64,000 nucleotides of DNA from Ignavibacteriota bacterium (GTDB taxonomy: Bacteria; Bacteroidota; Ignavibacteria; Palsa-1295), in the NCBI GenBank assembly GCA_963787835.1, contig CAWBEI010000002.1, positions 352,001-416,000 on the forward strand, read 5' to 3'. Made by a program: the position numbers and the translations under genes. Positions 50,932 to 59,136 of the stretch are shown here, piece after piece (position 1 is the stretch's first letter; every line of letters starts with the position of its first letter). The notes beneath the pieces are model-generated. The model was not told where the DNA came from. It worked only from the letters and a program-made list of their open reading frames with translations, and made no database searches.

Positions 50932-51795
50932 ATGAACGAGAAATACGCATCTCTCCTTTTCAATGTCAGCACGAAGGAGTTGCCATCCCTCGAAGGATTT
51001 TTTCTAACCCACACTTCTTTTGCGGGTTCGCAGGAGAACGATGATGGCTCGATCACTTTTTTCGTTCCTTCGGAAGATTGGAATGCCGAACTTCATTCGC
51101 TGATCAACGAATTCTGCGGCGCACATCCTGAACTGGAGTTTATCGGCGCGGAGATCATCGAAGACCGCGACTGGAATGCCGAATGGGAAGCCACCATCGA
51201 CCCCATGCAGGCAACGCCCGAACTTGTCATCACTCCTTCGTGGAAGATGGATGATGCGAAAGCGTTGGGATCCAAATATATCATCACCATCGATCCTAAA
51301 ATGAGCTTCGGCACCGGTCATCATGAAACGACGCGGCTGTGCCTTGCAGCATCTGAAACGCTTGATATGACTGGCCGCTCGGTGCTCGATATTGGAACGG
51401 GTTCCGGCGTGCTTGCCATCTATGCGCTGCTGCGCGGCGCAACTCATGCGATCGGCATAGATACCGATTCCTGGGCTATCGCTAACACGCTGGAGAATCG
51501 GGAGCTTAATGCACTGTCCGATCAACAATTCGAAGTGCGTCAGGGAACCCTCGATGTTGTGCGTGAAGGCGAGATGTTCGATGTGATCTTCGCTAACATT
51601 CACCGGAATGTGCTCTTAGAGGTCGCGAAGCAGATCCGAAGCCATGCAGCAACCGGCGCGCATGTGATTCTTTCCGGCATTCTTGTTTATGATGCTGCTG
51701 AAATACGCGCGGCATACGAAAAAGCGAATTTTACGATCGTGCGCGAATTGCAGGAAAATGAATGGACGTGCCTCATCTTCCGATCATGCGAGTAG
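50932..51795 (+). CDS. prmA: Ribosomal protein L11 methyltransferase
   Basis: DWN..W, IDPKMSFGTGHHETT, LDIGTGSGVL, ANI, LSGIL. Confidence 0.95.
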   Translation: MNEKYASLLFNVSTKELPSLEGFFLTHTSFAGSQENDDGSITFFVPSEDWNAELHSLINEFCGAHPELEFIGAEIIEDRDWNAEWEATIDPMQATPELVITPSWKMDDAKALGSKYIITIDPKMSFGTGHHETTRLCLAASETLDMTGRSVLDIGTGSGVLAIYALLRGATHAIGIDTDSWAIANTLENRELNALSDQQFEVRQGTLDVVREGEMFDVIFANIHRNVLLEVAKQIRSHAATGAHVILSGILVYDAAEIRAAYEKANFTIVRELQENEWTCLIFRSCE

Positions 51796-52772
51796 CCGCA
51801 TTAGATATTGGCACCAACACGGTCCTACTCCTCATTGCAGATGTGGATGGAGAAAAATTCCGCGTTATTCGTGATGTCCACGCGATAGCCCGGATTGGCG
51901 AAGGCGTCGATCGAACACACCACATTAGTGAGGCCGCATGTGCACGATTTCTCGCTATTCTCCGTGAGCATCAAAAGACGATTGCAGAGTTCCATTGCGA
52001 CCGTATCATTGCCGCAGCAACCAGCGCCATGCGCGATGCCGATAACCGCGAGGATATCATCCGGCGAACAAAAGAAGATACCGGGATCGACATTACGATA
52101 CTGAGCGGCGAGGACGAAGCTCGCCTGACGTATCGTGGTGCGGTCGTTGGAATGACCACCCCCCAACGCATGATCGATCATGCGTTACCCTCTCCTTCTA
52201 TAGGAGGGGGAGCAGTAAGTAATATTACTGTAGTTGACATCGGCGGCGGAAGCACCGAAATTTCCGTCGGGACGGGCGATGCATTCGAGCGCGGGATAAG
52301 TCTCGATATTGGCGCGGTGAGGCTTACGGAACGATTTTTTGCAACGACCCCAATTACATCTGATGCGATTCGTGAAGCACGACAGGCTATTCGCCAATCG
52401 CTTAACCACCCCCCAGCCCCCTCCTATTCCGCTTCGCTGCATAGGAGGGGGAGTATGCTTATAGCCGTCGCTGGTACACCGACTACGTTAGCTGCTCTGC
52501 ATCAGGAACTTCCTGCATTCGATGCAGCGAAAGTGCATGGCTACGTATTGCATCGGCAAGCGATCCAGGAAATGCTGGATATGCTTTTCAGTGTGAGTAC
52601 GGAGGAACTTCTTCAAAGATACCCGGCCGTTAATAAATCCCGTGCCGATATTTTACCGGCGGGCACACTTATCCTTGCAGAAGTGATGGATCACCTCGAA
52701 GCCGAGCAAATTACGGTGAGTACGCAGGGGTTGAGGTATGGGATAATATCAGAACCGGGATTACGCGGATGA
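51786..52772 (+). CDS. ppx: Ppx/GppA-family phosphatase carrying two in-frame family A repeats
   Basis: DIGTNT, ATSAMRDA.N, G.DEA, DIGGGSTE, G.VRLTE, RADI..AG, GLRYG. Confidence 0.92.
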   Translation: MRVAALDIGTNTVLLLIADVDGEKFRVIRDVHAIARIGEGVDRTHHISEAACARFLAILREHQKTIAEFHCDRIIAAATSAMRDADNREDIIRRTKEDTGIDITILSGEDEARLTYRGAVVGMTTPQRMIDHALPSPSIGGGAVSNITVVDIGGGSTEISVGTGDAFERGISLDIGAVRLTERFFATTPITSDAIREARQAIRQSLNHPPAPSYSASLHRRGSMLIAVAGTPTTLAALHQELPAFDAAKVHGYVLHRQAIQEMLDMLFSVSTEELLQRYPAVNKSRADILPAGTLILAEVMDHLEAEQITVSTQGLRYGIISEPGLRG

Positions 52773-52845
52773 CGGGAAAGATTAGGCGGATAGATCGATG
52801 CACCATCCGCGTCATCCTTCCCCATCCGCGTAATCCAGGTTCAGA
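52750..52845. repeat. Family E doublet (GAACCGGGATT..AATCCAGGTTCAGA); half-sites near 960, 3165, 22539
   Basis: Inverted repeat overlapping the ppx stop. Confidence 0.7.
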
Positions 52846-52853
52846 TAATCCCT

Positions 52854-55040
52854 TCAAGGTTCTATCACCATCGCACGCGTGGCGGACTGCCCGCCGCTCT
52901 CCAGACGGTAGAAATACACGCCGCTTGGGGTGTTCCCGCGCTGGAATGGCACCTCATGCTCGCCCGCATCCATAAACCCATTCAAGAGCACAGCCACTTC
53001 GCGGCCCGTGGCATCGTAGAGCGTGAGGGTGATGAAGGATGGTTCCGGAAGCATGAACGAGATGGTGGTGCTTTGGGTGAAAGGGTTGGGGGAGTTTGAC
53101 GCGAGCTCGAAAAGTCGAGCTGATTTGCCATTCTGAACTGAAGCCAAAGATGGCTGAAGACGATAGACCCCTGCTAGCGTGCCTCCGAAGACAAATCCGT
53201 CGGCAGTTGTGGCAAGTACATTAACATAGGCTGGAAGACCAGAATCAATCGCTACCCAGGAACTTCCGTTCTTTGGTAATACCGACACGCTTCCGTTCTG
53301 ATGTACATTCAACCCTGCATAAATATTACCATTCGAATCGGAAGCAAGCGAGATAATAGAAAGATTATTTAATCCCGAATTAGCTGAAGACCAGCTATTG
53401 CCGGAATCGGTAGAGCGATATACGCCTGCATTGGTTGTCCCCACAAAGACTTTCCCCTCGGGAGTGATAGCCATAGATGTTATAAAACTGGAGTCGCCGT
53501 TTACAGCCGTATGTGTGAGGTCCCTGCATACATTCGTCCATGATTGTCCGTCATCTCTGGATCGAAAGATACTTCCATCTCCTACGCCCGGCCACGTTGC
53601 AGCATAAATTTGTCCGTATCGATCAATCCCAAGAGCAGTTACATCAGAATCCGTCATTCCTATACTCATAGACTCCCATGAGATGCCTTCATTGGTCGAG
53701 CGAAGTATACCTCCTTCGCTAGTTCCCGCAAAGATCCAACCCGCTGGATTGATAGCAAATTGGTTTAATGAATAAAGCCTAGTGTTAAAAAAGTATTCCA
53801 GCCCACTATCAATTGACATCCAAGTTTTTCCGCTATCTGTCGAGCGATAGCTACCCTCAATGGTTGAAGCAAAAATGTGCCCGCTGCGATTGATTGCAAT
53901 AGCCCCCGTCGCAGGATTTGCAAAGCCACTGTCAATGCGCGTCCAGTTATCACCATTATCAGACGAATAGCATACACCCCCATAATCGGGCTGTCCCCCT
54001 ACAAACAGTGCGCCGTTTGGACTTGTGGCAAGTGTCCAGATATCCACACTGGTAAGGCCGGTCAATTTGTGCCACGACGCTCCCAGATCGGTTGTTGAGA
54101 ACGCTCCATCTCCATAGGAACCCGCTAAGATTCGTCCGGTTCGGCTAATAAATAGAGAGCTGCCACCATTATGGAGCCTCAGCCCATAATTTATTTGTTG
54201 AAAAGTGTTTCCATAGTTAGTGGAATAGAAAATTACGCCTTGTTCAATCCAAAGCATTGTACTATCATCACCAAATACAATATCGCCAGCTAAACCCTGG
54301 GAAGATGGAACTGTACTCCACGCATTGCCGTCATTGGTGGTAAGATAAATACCTCCCGAACTGCCCACATAGAGATTCCCTTTTTGATTCGTGGCAATGT
54401 CATAAATTTGAAGAACTGAATCACCAGGCTTAACCAATTGCCAGCTTTTGGCAGAGTCGCTTGATCTATAGATGCCATAGCTGCTGCCATCTTGTGCATT
54501 CACAAAAATATGGCCGTCGAGATTAGTTGCTAATGCTTGGACATAGACAAGATTAGTATCAAGGCGTGTCCATACGGAGCCAGAGTTCGTCGAACGCCAA
54601 ATTCCATTATCACCCCCCGCATAAATAACTCCGTTCGCCTCGGCAGCTATCGCCCGAACATCAATAAAATATCCTGGCGTCCCGAGGCCGCTATCTATAG
54701 AAGTCCAAGTATTGCCATCATCAGTGGAACGGAATATACCATTCTCACCAGCGTATATATTGCCGCTCGAATCAGCCGCGAGAACGCCAAATCCATCAAT
54801 GTAATTGGGGTCAGTGTTAACCCTCTGCCAACTCCCCCCGCCATCCGTAGAGCGAAATAGTCCCACCTCAGTACCCGCGAAGATATGGCCATTCGGGGCT
54901 TCGGTAAAAGCAGAGACGGTACCTGCTGGTGCGCCGCTTGCAGGCTCCCAAATATTCTGAGATATACTTACGCAGGGTGCAGAGAGCACCAGCGCTACGA
55001 TAAGGAACAACCTAATTTTATAATTGACACATGTGACCAT
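52854..55040 (-). CDS. BNR/propeller protein with T9SS type A sorting domain
   Basis: Signal peptide; RSTD.G..W repeats; SPNPF..SGVYFYRL CTD. Confidence 0.88.
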   Translation of the reverse strand: MVTCVNYKIRLFLIVALVLSAPCVSISQNIWEPASGAPAGTVSAFTEAPNGHIFAGTEVGLFRSTDGGGSWQRVNTDPNYIDGFGVLAADSSGNIYAGENGIFRSTDDGNTWTSIDSGLGTPGYFIDVRAIAAEANGVIYAGGDNGIWRSTNSGSVWTRLDTNLVYVQALATNLDGHIFVNAQDGSSYGIYRSSDSAKSWQLVKPGDSVLQIYDIATNQKGNLYVGSSGGIYLTTNDGNAWSTVPSSQGLAGDIVFGDDSTMLWIEQGVIFYSTNYGNTFQQINYGLRLHNGGSSLFISRTGRILAGSYGDGAFSTTDLGASWHKLTGLTSVDIWTLATSPNGALFVGGQPDYGGVCYSSDNGDNWTRIDSGFANPATGAIAINRSGHIFASTIEGSYRSTDSGKTWMSIDSGLEYFFNTRLYSLNQFAINPAGWIFAGTSEGGILRSTNEGISWESMSIGMTDSDVTALGIDRYGQIYAATWPGVGDGSIFRSRDDGQSWTNVCRDLTHTAVNGDSSFITSMAITPEGKVFVGTTNAGVYRSTDSGNSWSSANSGLNNLSIISLASDSNGNIYAGLNVHQNGSVSVLPKNGSSWVAIDSGLPAYVNVLATTADGFVFGGTLAGVYRLQPSLASVQNGKSARLFELASNSPNPFTQSTTISFMLPEPSFITLTLYDATGREVAVLLNGFMDAGEHEVPFQRGNTPSGVYFYRLESGGQSATRAMVIEP

Positions 55041-55143
55041 ACTACTTAGAACTCCGTCGGTATGTAGAAAGGTTACACCAAATATGCACTTTTTCCAGGA
55101 AGCAATTCAAGCCCATTTTGAGCCAAATGTCGGGCTGGAAGAA

Positions 55144-55170
55144 GCATCGTCGGCGATGCGTCCGACCTAC
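55144..55170. repeat. GTAG-tagged REP (GTAGGTCGGACGCATCGCCGACGATGC) overlapping the GNAT stop; core also at 20249, 20716, 47443
   Basis: gcatcgtcggcgatgcgtccgacctac. Confidence 0.7.
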
Positions 55171-55667
55171 GCAAGCGGCTTCGACATAATAATGCAGTGA
55201 CATTCTATTCCCGGTTTCAGCGGTCGGGTGGGATGGAATTCTTCAGTACCCGTTTCTACATAGCCAAGCTTGCGATAATAGGGCGGAAGCTCTGCGCGCG
55301 CGGAGAGCACTTTAATGTCCATGTATCTGCATCCCTTCGCACGGACGTGCTGCTCCGCAGCCTCGACCATCCTCGTTCCCAATCCCCGGCCTTGTCGTGA
55401 TGGCTCGACCGCCAGCACCCCGAAGTACCCTCGTTCCCCACGCTGCTCGACGTACACGGAAGCGATGATCTTGCCTGGGGCATCCTCCAACAGCAGGAAC
55501 TCCCCTTTTTGCATGTGATCGGCAACGTTCTTCTCATCCGTGCGCGTCCCGCTTAAGAAGATCTCAACTTGGAACGCAGGATTCACCACCGCAACAATAG
55601 CGGGAATATCGCTGGCAGTAGCAATGCGGATTTTGGGTTTCAAGATCGTAAGTTTCAAGATTGTCAT
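55167..55667 (-). CDS. GNAT acetyltransferase
   Basis: LAVEPSRQGRGLG, YYRKLGY. Confidence 0.9.
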   Translation of the reverse strand: MTILKLTILKPKIRIATASDIPAIVAVVNPAFQVEIFLSGTRTDEKNVADHMQKGEFLLLEDAPGKIIASVYVEQRGERGYFGVLAVEPSRQGRGLGTRMVEAAEQHVRAKGCRYMDIKVLSARAELPPYYRKLGYVETGTEEFHPTRPLKPGIECHCIIMSKPLA

Positions 55668-55743
55668 TCCTGCGAAAGTGGGAATCCAGGCTTGGATTTA
55701 CCGAAAACTTGGGGTCTGGATCCCCGCTTTCGCGGGGATGACA
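55662..55743. repeat. Family C palindrome (82 bp); its terminal ATG is the GNAT ORF start
   Basis: tgtcattcctgcgaaagtgggaatccag..ctggatccccgctttcgcggggatgaca. Confidence 0.85.
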
Positions 55744-55774
55744 ATTATCTGCGTCGTCTTTTTGGTTATATTTT

Positions 55775-56923
55775 TTAATTTCTAAGAATCGTTTGTATCA
55801 CCTCCACCAATCGGTCAATATCTTCCGTTGTATTGTGATGTGAAAAAGATACCCGCACCGATTTGCTCGCAACGTCCTTCGATCTTCCCATGGCGAGCAG
55901 CACATGCGATGGCTGCTGGCTGCCGGAGGTACACGCCGCGCCGTTCGAGACGGCAATTCCTTCCAGATCGAAGCGAATGATGAGGGAATCGGCATCCATG
56001 CGCGAAAGCACCTCCGGTGTAAACGTGAAATTTACGATCGAATCGATGGATGTGTCATCGGTGGCGGAATTTAAAACGATCTCTGGTATTTTCGCAAGTT
56101 TATTAAGAAGATGCTTTCTCAGAAGTCCAACCGAGTCCACTCCGTCCATGTACCCGGAAGCAATTTTTACGGCCTCTGCAAAACCGACAGCAAGTGCAAC
56201 CGCTTCTGTGCCACCGCGCCGATTGCGTTCCTGGGAACCTCCGTGCAGCAGCGGTTCCCAGGGGGTTCCACTTTTAATGTAGAGCGCACCGATGCCTTTC
56301 GGTCCGTGGATCTTGTGCGCGGAAAGTGAGAGCATGTCAACTCCCATTGCCTTCACGTCGATCGGCATTTTGCCAAGCGCCTGCACTGCATCCGTGTGAA
56401 CGAGCGCGCTGGACCCAGCCTTCACAACGCTCACAATCTCCGAGATCGGATTGATAGCACCTGTTTCATTATTAACCATCATTAGCGAAACGAGCGTGGT
56501 ATCGCTGGCTATATTAGCGCCATCCAACAGTGCATGCCCAAAAGGACTTACAGGGACGTAGGTGACCGAAGCGCCAAGTTTCGCAAGCCACTCAGCAGGT
56601 TCGAGCACGGCAAGATGCTCCGTTCGGCTGGTAACGATCTTTATCTCATTCCAGAAAGGCTGTTCGGAATATTTTTTGAAGGCCGCACCCTTGATCGCGG
56701 CATTATCGGATTCAGTTCCGCCAGAAGTAAAGACGATCTCGCGAGGCTCGGCATTGATGGCGCGGGCCACGGTTTCGCGCGCCGATTCAAGCGCTACGCG
56801 CGCATGGGTGCCAAGTTGGTGTACGCTGGAGGCATTGCCGAATTCCCCTTCGAAGTATGGACGCATAGCATCCAAAACTTTGGGGTCGAGCGGGGTTGTG
56901 GCGGCATTATCGAGATAGATCAT
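55775..56923 (-). CDS. iscS: Cysteine desulfurase (IscS/NifS type)
   Basis: YLDNAATT, FTSGGTE, HTDAVQ, SAHKIHGPKG.G, GAACTS. Confidence 0.93.
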   Translation of the reverse strand: MIYLDNAATTPLDPKVLDAMRPYFEGEFGNASSVHQLGTHARVALESARETVARAINAEPREIVFTSGGTESDNAAIKGAAFKKYSEQPFWNEIKIVTSRTEHLAVLEPAEWLAKLGASVTYVPVSPFGHALLDGANIASDTTLVSLMMVNNETGAINPISEIVSVVKAGSSALVHTDAVQALGKMPIDVKAMGVDMLSLSAHKIHGPKGIGALYIKSGTPWEPLLHGGSQERNRRGGTEAVALAVGFAEAVKIASGYMDGVDSVGLLRKHLLNKLAKIPEIVLNSATDDTSIDSIVNFTFTPEVLSRMDADSLIIRFDLEGIAVSNGAACTSGSQQPSHVLLAMGRSKDVASKSVRVSFSHHNTTEDIDRLVEVIQTILRN

Positions 56924-57002
56924 TTCAGAGGCTGCACGTAAGGTATATCGTGCGAAGCCACCACACACACAAACAAACTAAAGTTCACTCCATGCGGATG
57001 GT

Positions 57003-57623
57003 TTACCGGTGCTCAGCCGCCTTTTCGGCGGCTTGTTTCTTTAGAAGCTGATTCTTGATACGCTGTTGGCGCAGCAGAAGGCGTAACTTGCGAAGCTGTG
57101 CGGCAGACGCGCTGCGATTACCCTCGGCAACCTGCTCACGGACGCGTTGGTTGAACTCCTGCTCGAACACCAACAGCTTTGCGCGTTGCAACGGCGTGAG
57201 GAGCGGCATCAGGTCGCTATCCAGTTTTTGCTCGCGGGCTGCGATCTGCTGATTGAGATCCTTGATCTTCTGCGTCATAGCGGCGATGTCTGCCTCGGAT
57301 GCAGAAGTATTGGTTGCCGCGCCGAGCGCTTTAAGCTCGAAATTACGCTCCTTCACCAACGACTGGATTTCCTTTTCGGCGGGTTTATAGACCTCAAAGA
57401 ACTTCTGGGCGGTAATATCGTCAAGCTCAAGATCTTTTTTGATCTTGGCGTACTTCAACTGCTCGATCTTCTGGACAAGCGTTTGCCGGATTGTTTGCTC
57501 CTGAGCATCGCGAAGTTCATCCGATAAGTTCGTCTCGTTCGGCACCTGCGCGCTGGCAATGGGCGCGAGCATAAGCGCGCCGCAAAACCAAAGAAAAAAT
57601 AATACTGTAAATTTCATAACCAT
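57003..57623 (-). CDS. Periplasmic helical Spy/CpxP-like protein
   Basis: Signal peptide; LTPLQ motif; third gene of the ECF operon. Confidence 0.65.
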   Translation of the reverse strand: MVMKFTVLFFLWFCGALMLAPIASAQVPNETNLSDELRDAQEQTIRQTLVQKIEQLKYAKIKKDLELDDITAQKFFEVYKPAEKEIQSLVKERNFELKALGAATNTSASEADIAAMTQKIKDLNQQIAAREQKLDSDLMPLLTPLQRAKLLVFEQEFNQRVREQVAEGNRSASAAQLRKLRLLLRQQRIKNQLLKKQAAEKAAEHR

Positions 57624-57659
57624 GTTGGAGGAGATCGTTACCTCATCCCAAATTTCTAT

Positions 57660-58247
57660 TTATTCGTCGCTTTCCAGATCTTGTACAATGGCCTCGAGTT
57701 CCGGTTTGGACAGGTCGTCAAGGCTGACGGCATTTTCCGCTGGTCCCGAAACCGGTTCCGCAACCATCGCGAGATCGGAGGATGAAAGATCATCCGTGTG
57801 CGGTGCGCGATAGTTCGAATGTGCCCGATCGCTTGAATGGGCCGGAAGCTGTACCGCCGCAACTTCCGGTGAAGCAACAGGCTCCGGTTTCGCAACTTGA
57901 GCAATAGGTGCCGATGGTGCTTGAGGCGCCTGCGCTATCGGAGCCGGAGAAACACCCTGCTTGAAAGGAGAATCCCCCCCGAATGGCTGGAAGATCATGA
58001 CCCCTGCGACAAGCAGGGCAGCAGCCGAGATTGCAATGCTGCTGCTCCAGATGTGTCCCGCAAAAAATAGCTGCATTCGCTTCAGCCATGTAGATCGCTG
58101 CTGCTCGGCGATCCGATCCATAACCCGGACGCGAAATGTTGCCCAATAGAGCGGACCAGGCTCCTCGGAAACATACGGAGTCGCAAGTTTTCGGATGTCC
58201 TCCTCAAACTTACTCGTATTCGCATTATTTTCGCTGTACTTTTCCAT
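57660..58247 (-). CDS. Putative anti-sigma factor
   Basis: Follows the sigma gene; P...YW..F..RVM, single TM, Pro/Ala-rich tail. Confidence 0.7.
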   Translation of the reverse strand: MEKYSENNANTSKFEEDIRKLATPYVSEEPGPLYWATFRVRVMDRIAEQQRSTWLKRMQLFFAGHIWSSSIAISAAALLVAGVMIFQPFGGDSPFKQGVSPAPIAQAPQAPSAPIAQVAKPEPVASPEVAAVQLPAHSSDRAHSNYRAPHTDDLSSSDLAMVAEPVSGPAENAVSLDDLSKPELEAIVQDLESDE

Positions 58248-58303
58248 ATTTTCCCTTATCTAATGGACGCGAAATCGCATCAAAAGTTTAATAACCCCTT
58301 TAC

Positions 58304-58930
58304 TTATTCGCTCCCGGCCAGCTCAGAGCTTCGCAACCCAGAAAACCGCTCCGAATTCTGGAGATATTCCCCGATCTTTTTAACCGCATGAAAATAATTA
58401 GCTTTCAATCCGCCAACGCTCGTCCCTAATATGAATGCGATGTCTTCATACGGAAGTTCATCGTAAAATCGCATCATAAAGACGCGCTGCTGTTTTGGTG
58501 GCAGCGTTTCGATCGCCGCTTCGATCAGGCGGGTCGTTTCCCCTTTCAACAATTGGCTGTCCGGCTCGGCACCTTCTTCGGAAAGCTCGTTGATCTCGTC
58601 AAGAGCAACGAACTGCCTCACCTTATTCTTACGCGAGCGCTGAATGACCGCGTTCATCATAATACGATACAGCCACGTATAAAGCTGTGATTCCCCGCGA
58701 AATTTACCGAGCGCCTCGTAGGCTTTCACGAACGTTTGCTGCGCAATCTCATCGGCCTCGTCATGATCGCCACGGAGCATCTTTCGGGCAGCGAAATAGA
58801 TGCGCTTTTGGTACCGATCGACAAGCTCGGTGAATGCCGCATCGCTATCGCCACGCGAAGACGATCTGGCTTGAAAAAGCCGGATAAGATCGTCATCGGA
58901 TAATGCGTGGTATTCGGGGCGATACGCCAT
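58304..58930 (-). CDS. ECF RNA polymerase sigma factor
   Basis: AF.ELV.RY, F.KAY..L..FRGES...TWLYRI, LPPKQ..VF.MR...EIA-like. Confidence 0.93.
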   Translation of the reverse strand: MAYRPEYHALSDDDLIRLFQARSSSRGDSDAAFTELVDRYQKRIYFAARKMLRGDHDEADEIAQQTFVKAYEALGKFRGESQLYTWLYRIMMNAVIQRSRKNKVRQFVALDEINELSEEGAEPDSQLLKGETTRLIEAAIETLPPKQQRVFMMRFYDELPYEDIAFILGTSVGGLKANYFHAVKKIGEYLQNSERFSGLRSSELAGSE

Positions 58931-59136
58931 TAATCGTAGATCAAAGCTTTCTACACAAACCCGTGTCTGCACAAACGGTTCGTTGCTGAAAAGTTCTTTT
59001 CTATATGAGCATATCAAAAAGGGTTGGTTTAATTTGTGTAAAATTAATCATTGTTTTGGCACCACCTGGTTTTCCTGTATTATTTTTGTACTGAGTAGTT
59101 CGTTTTTTCCATCTCTTTTAATAGATTGACAACGTT

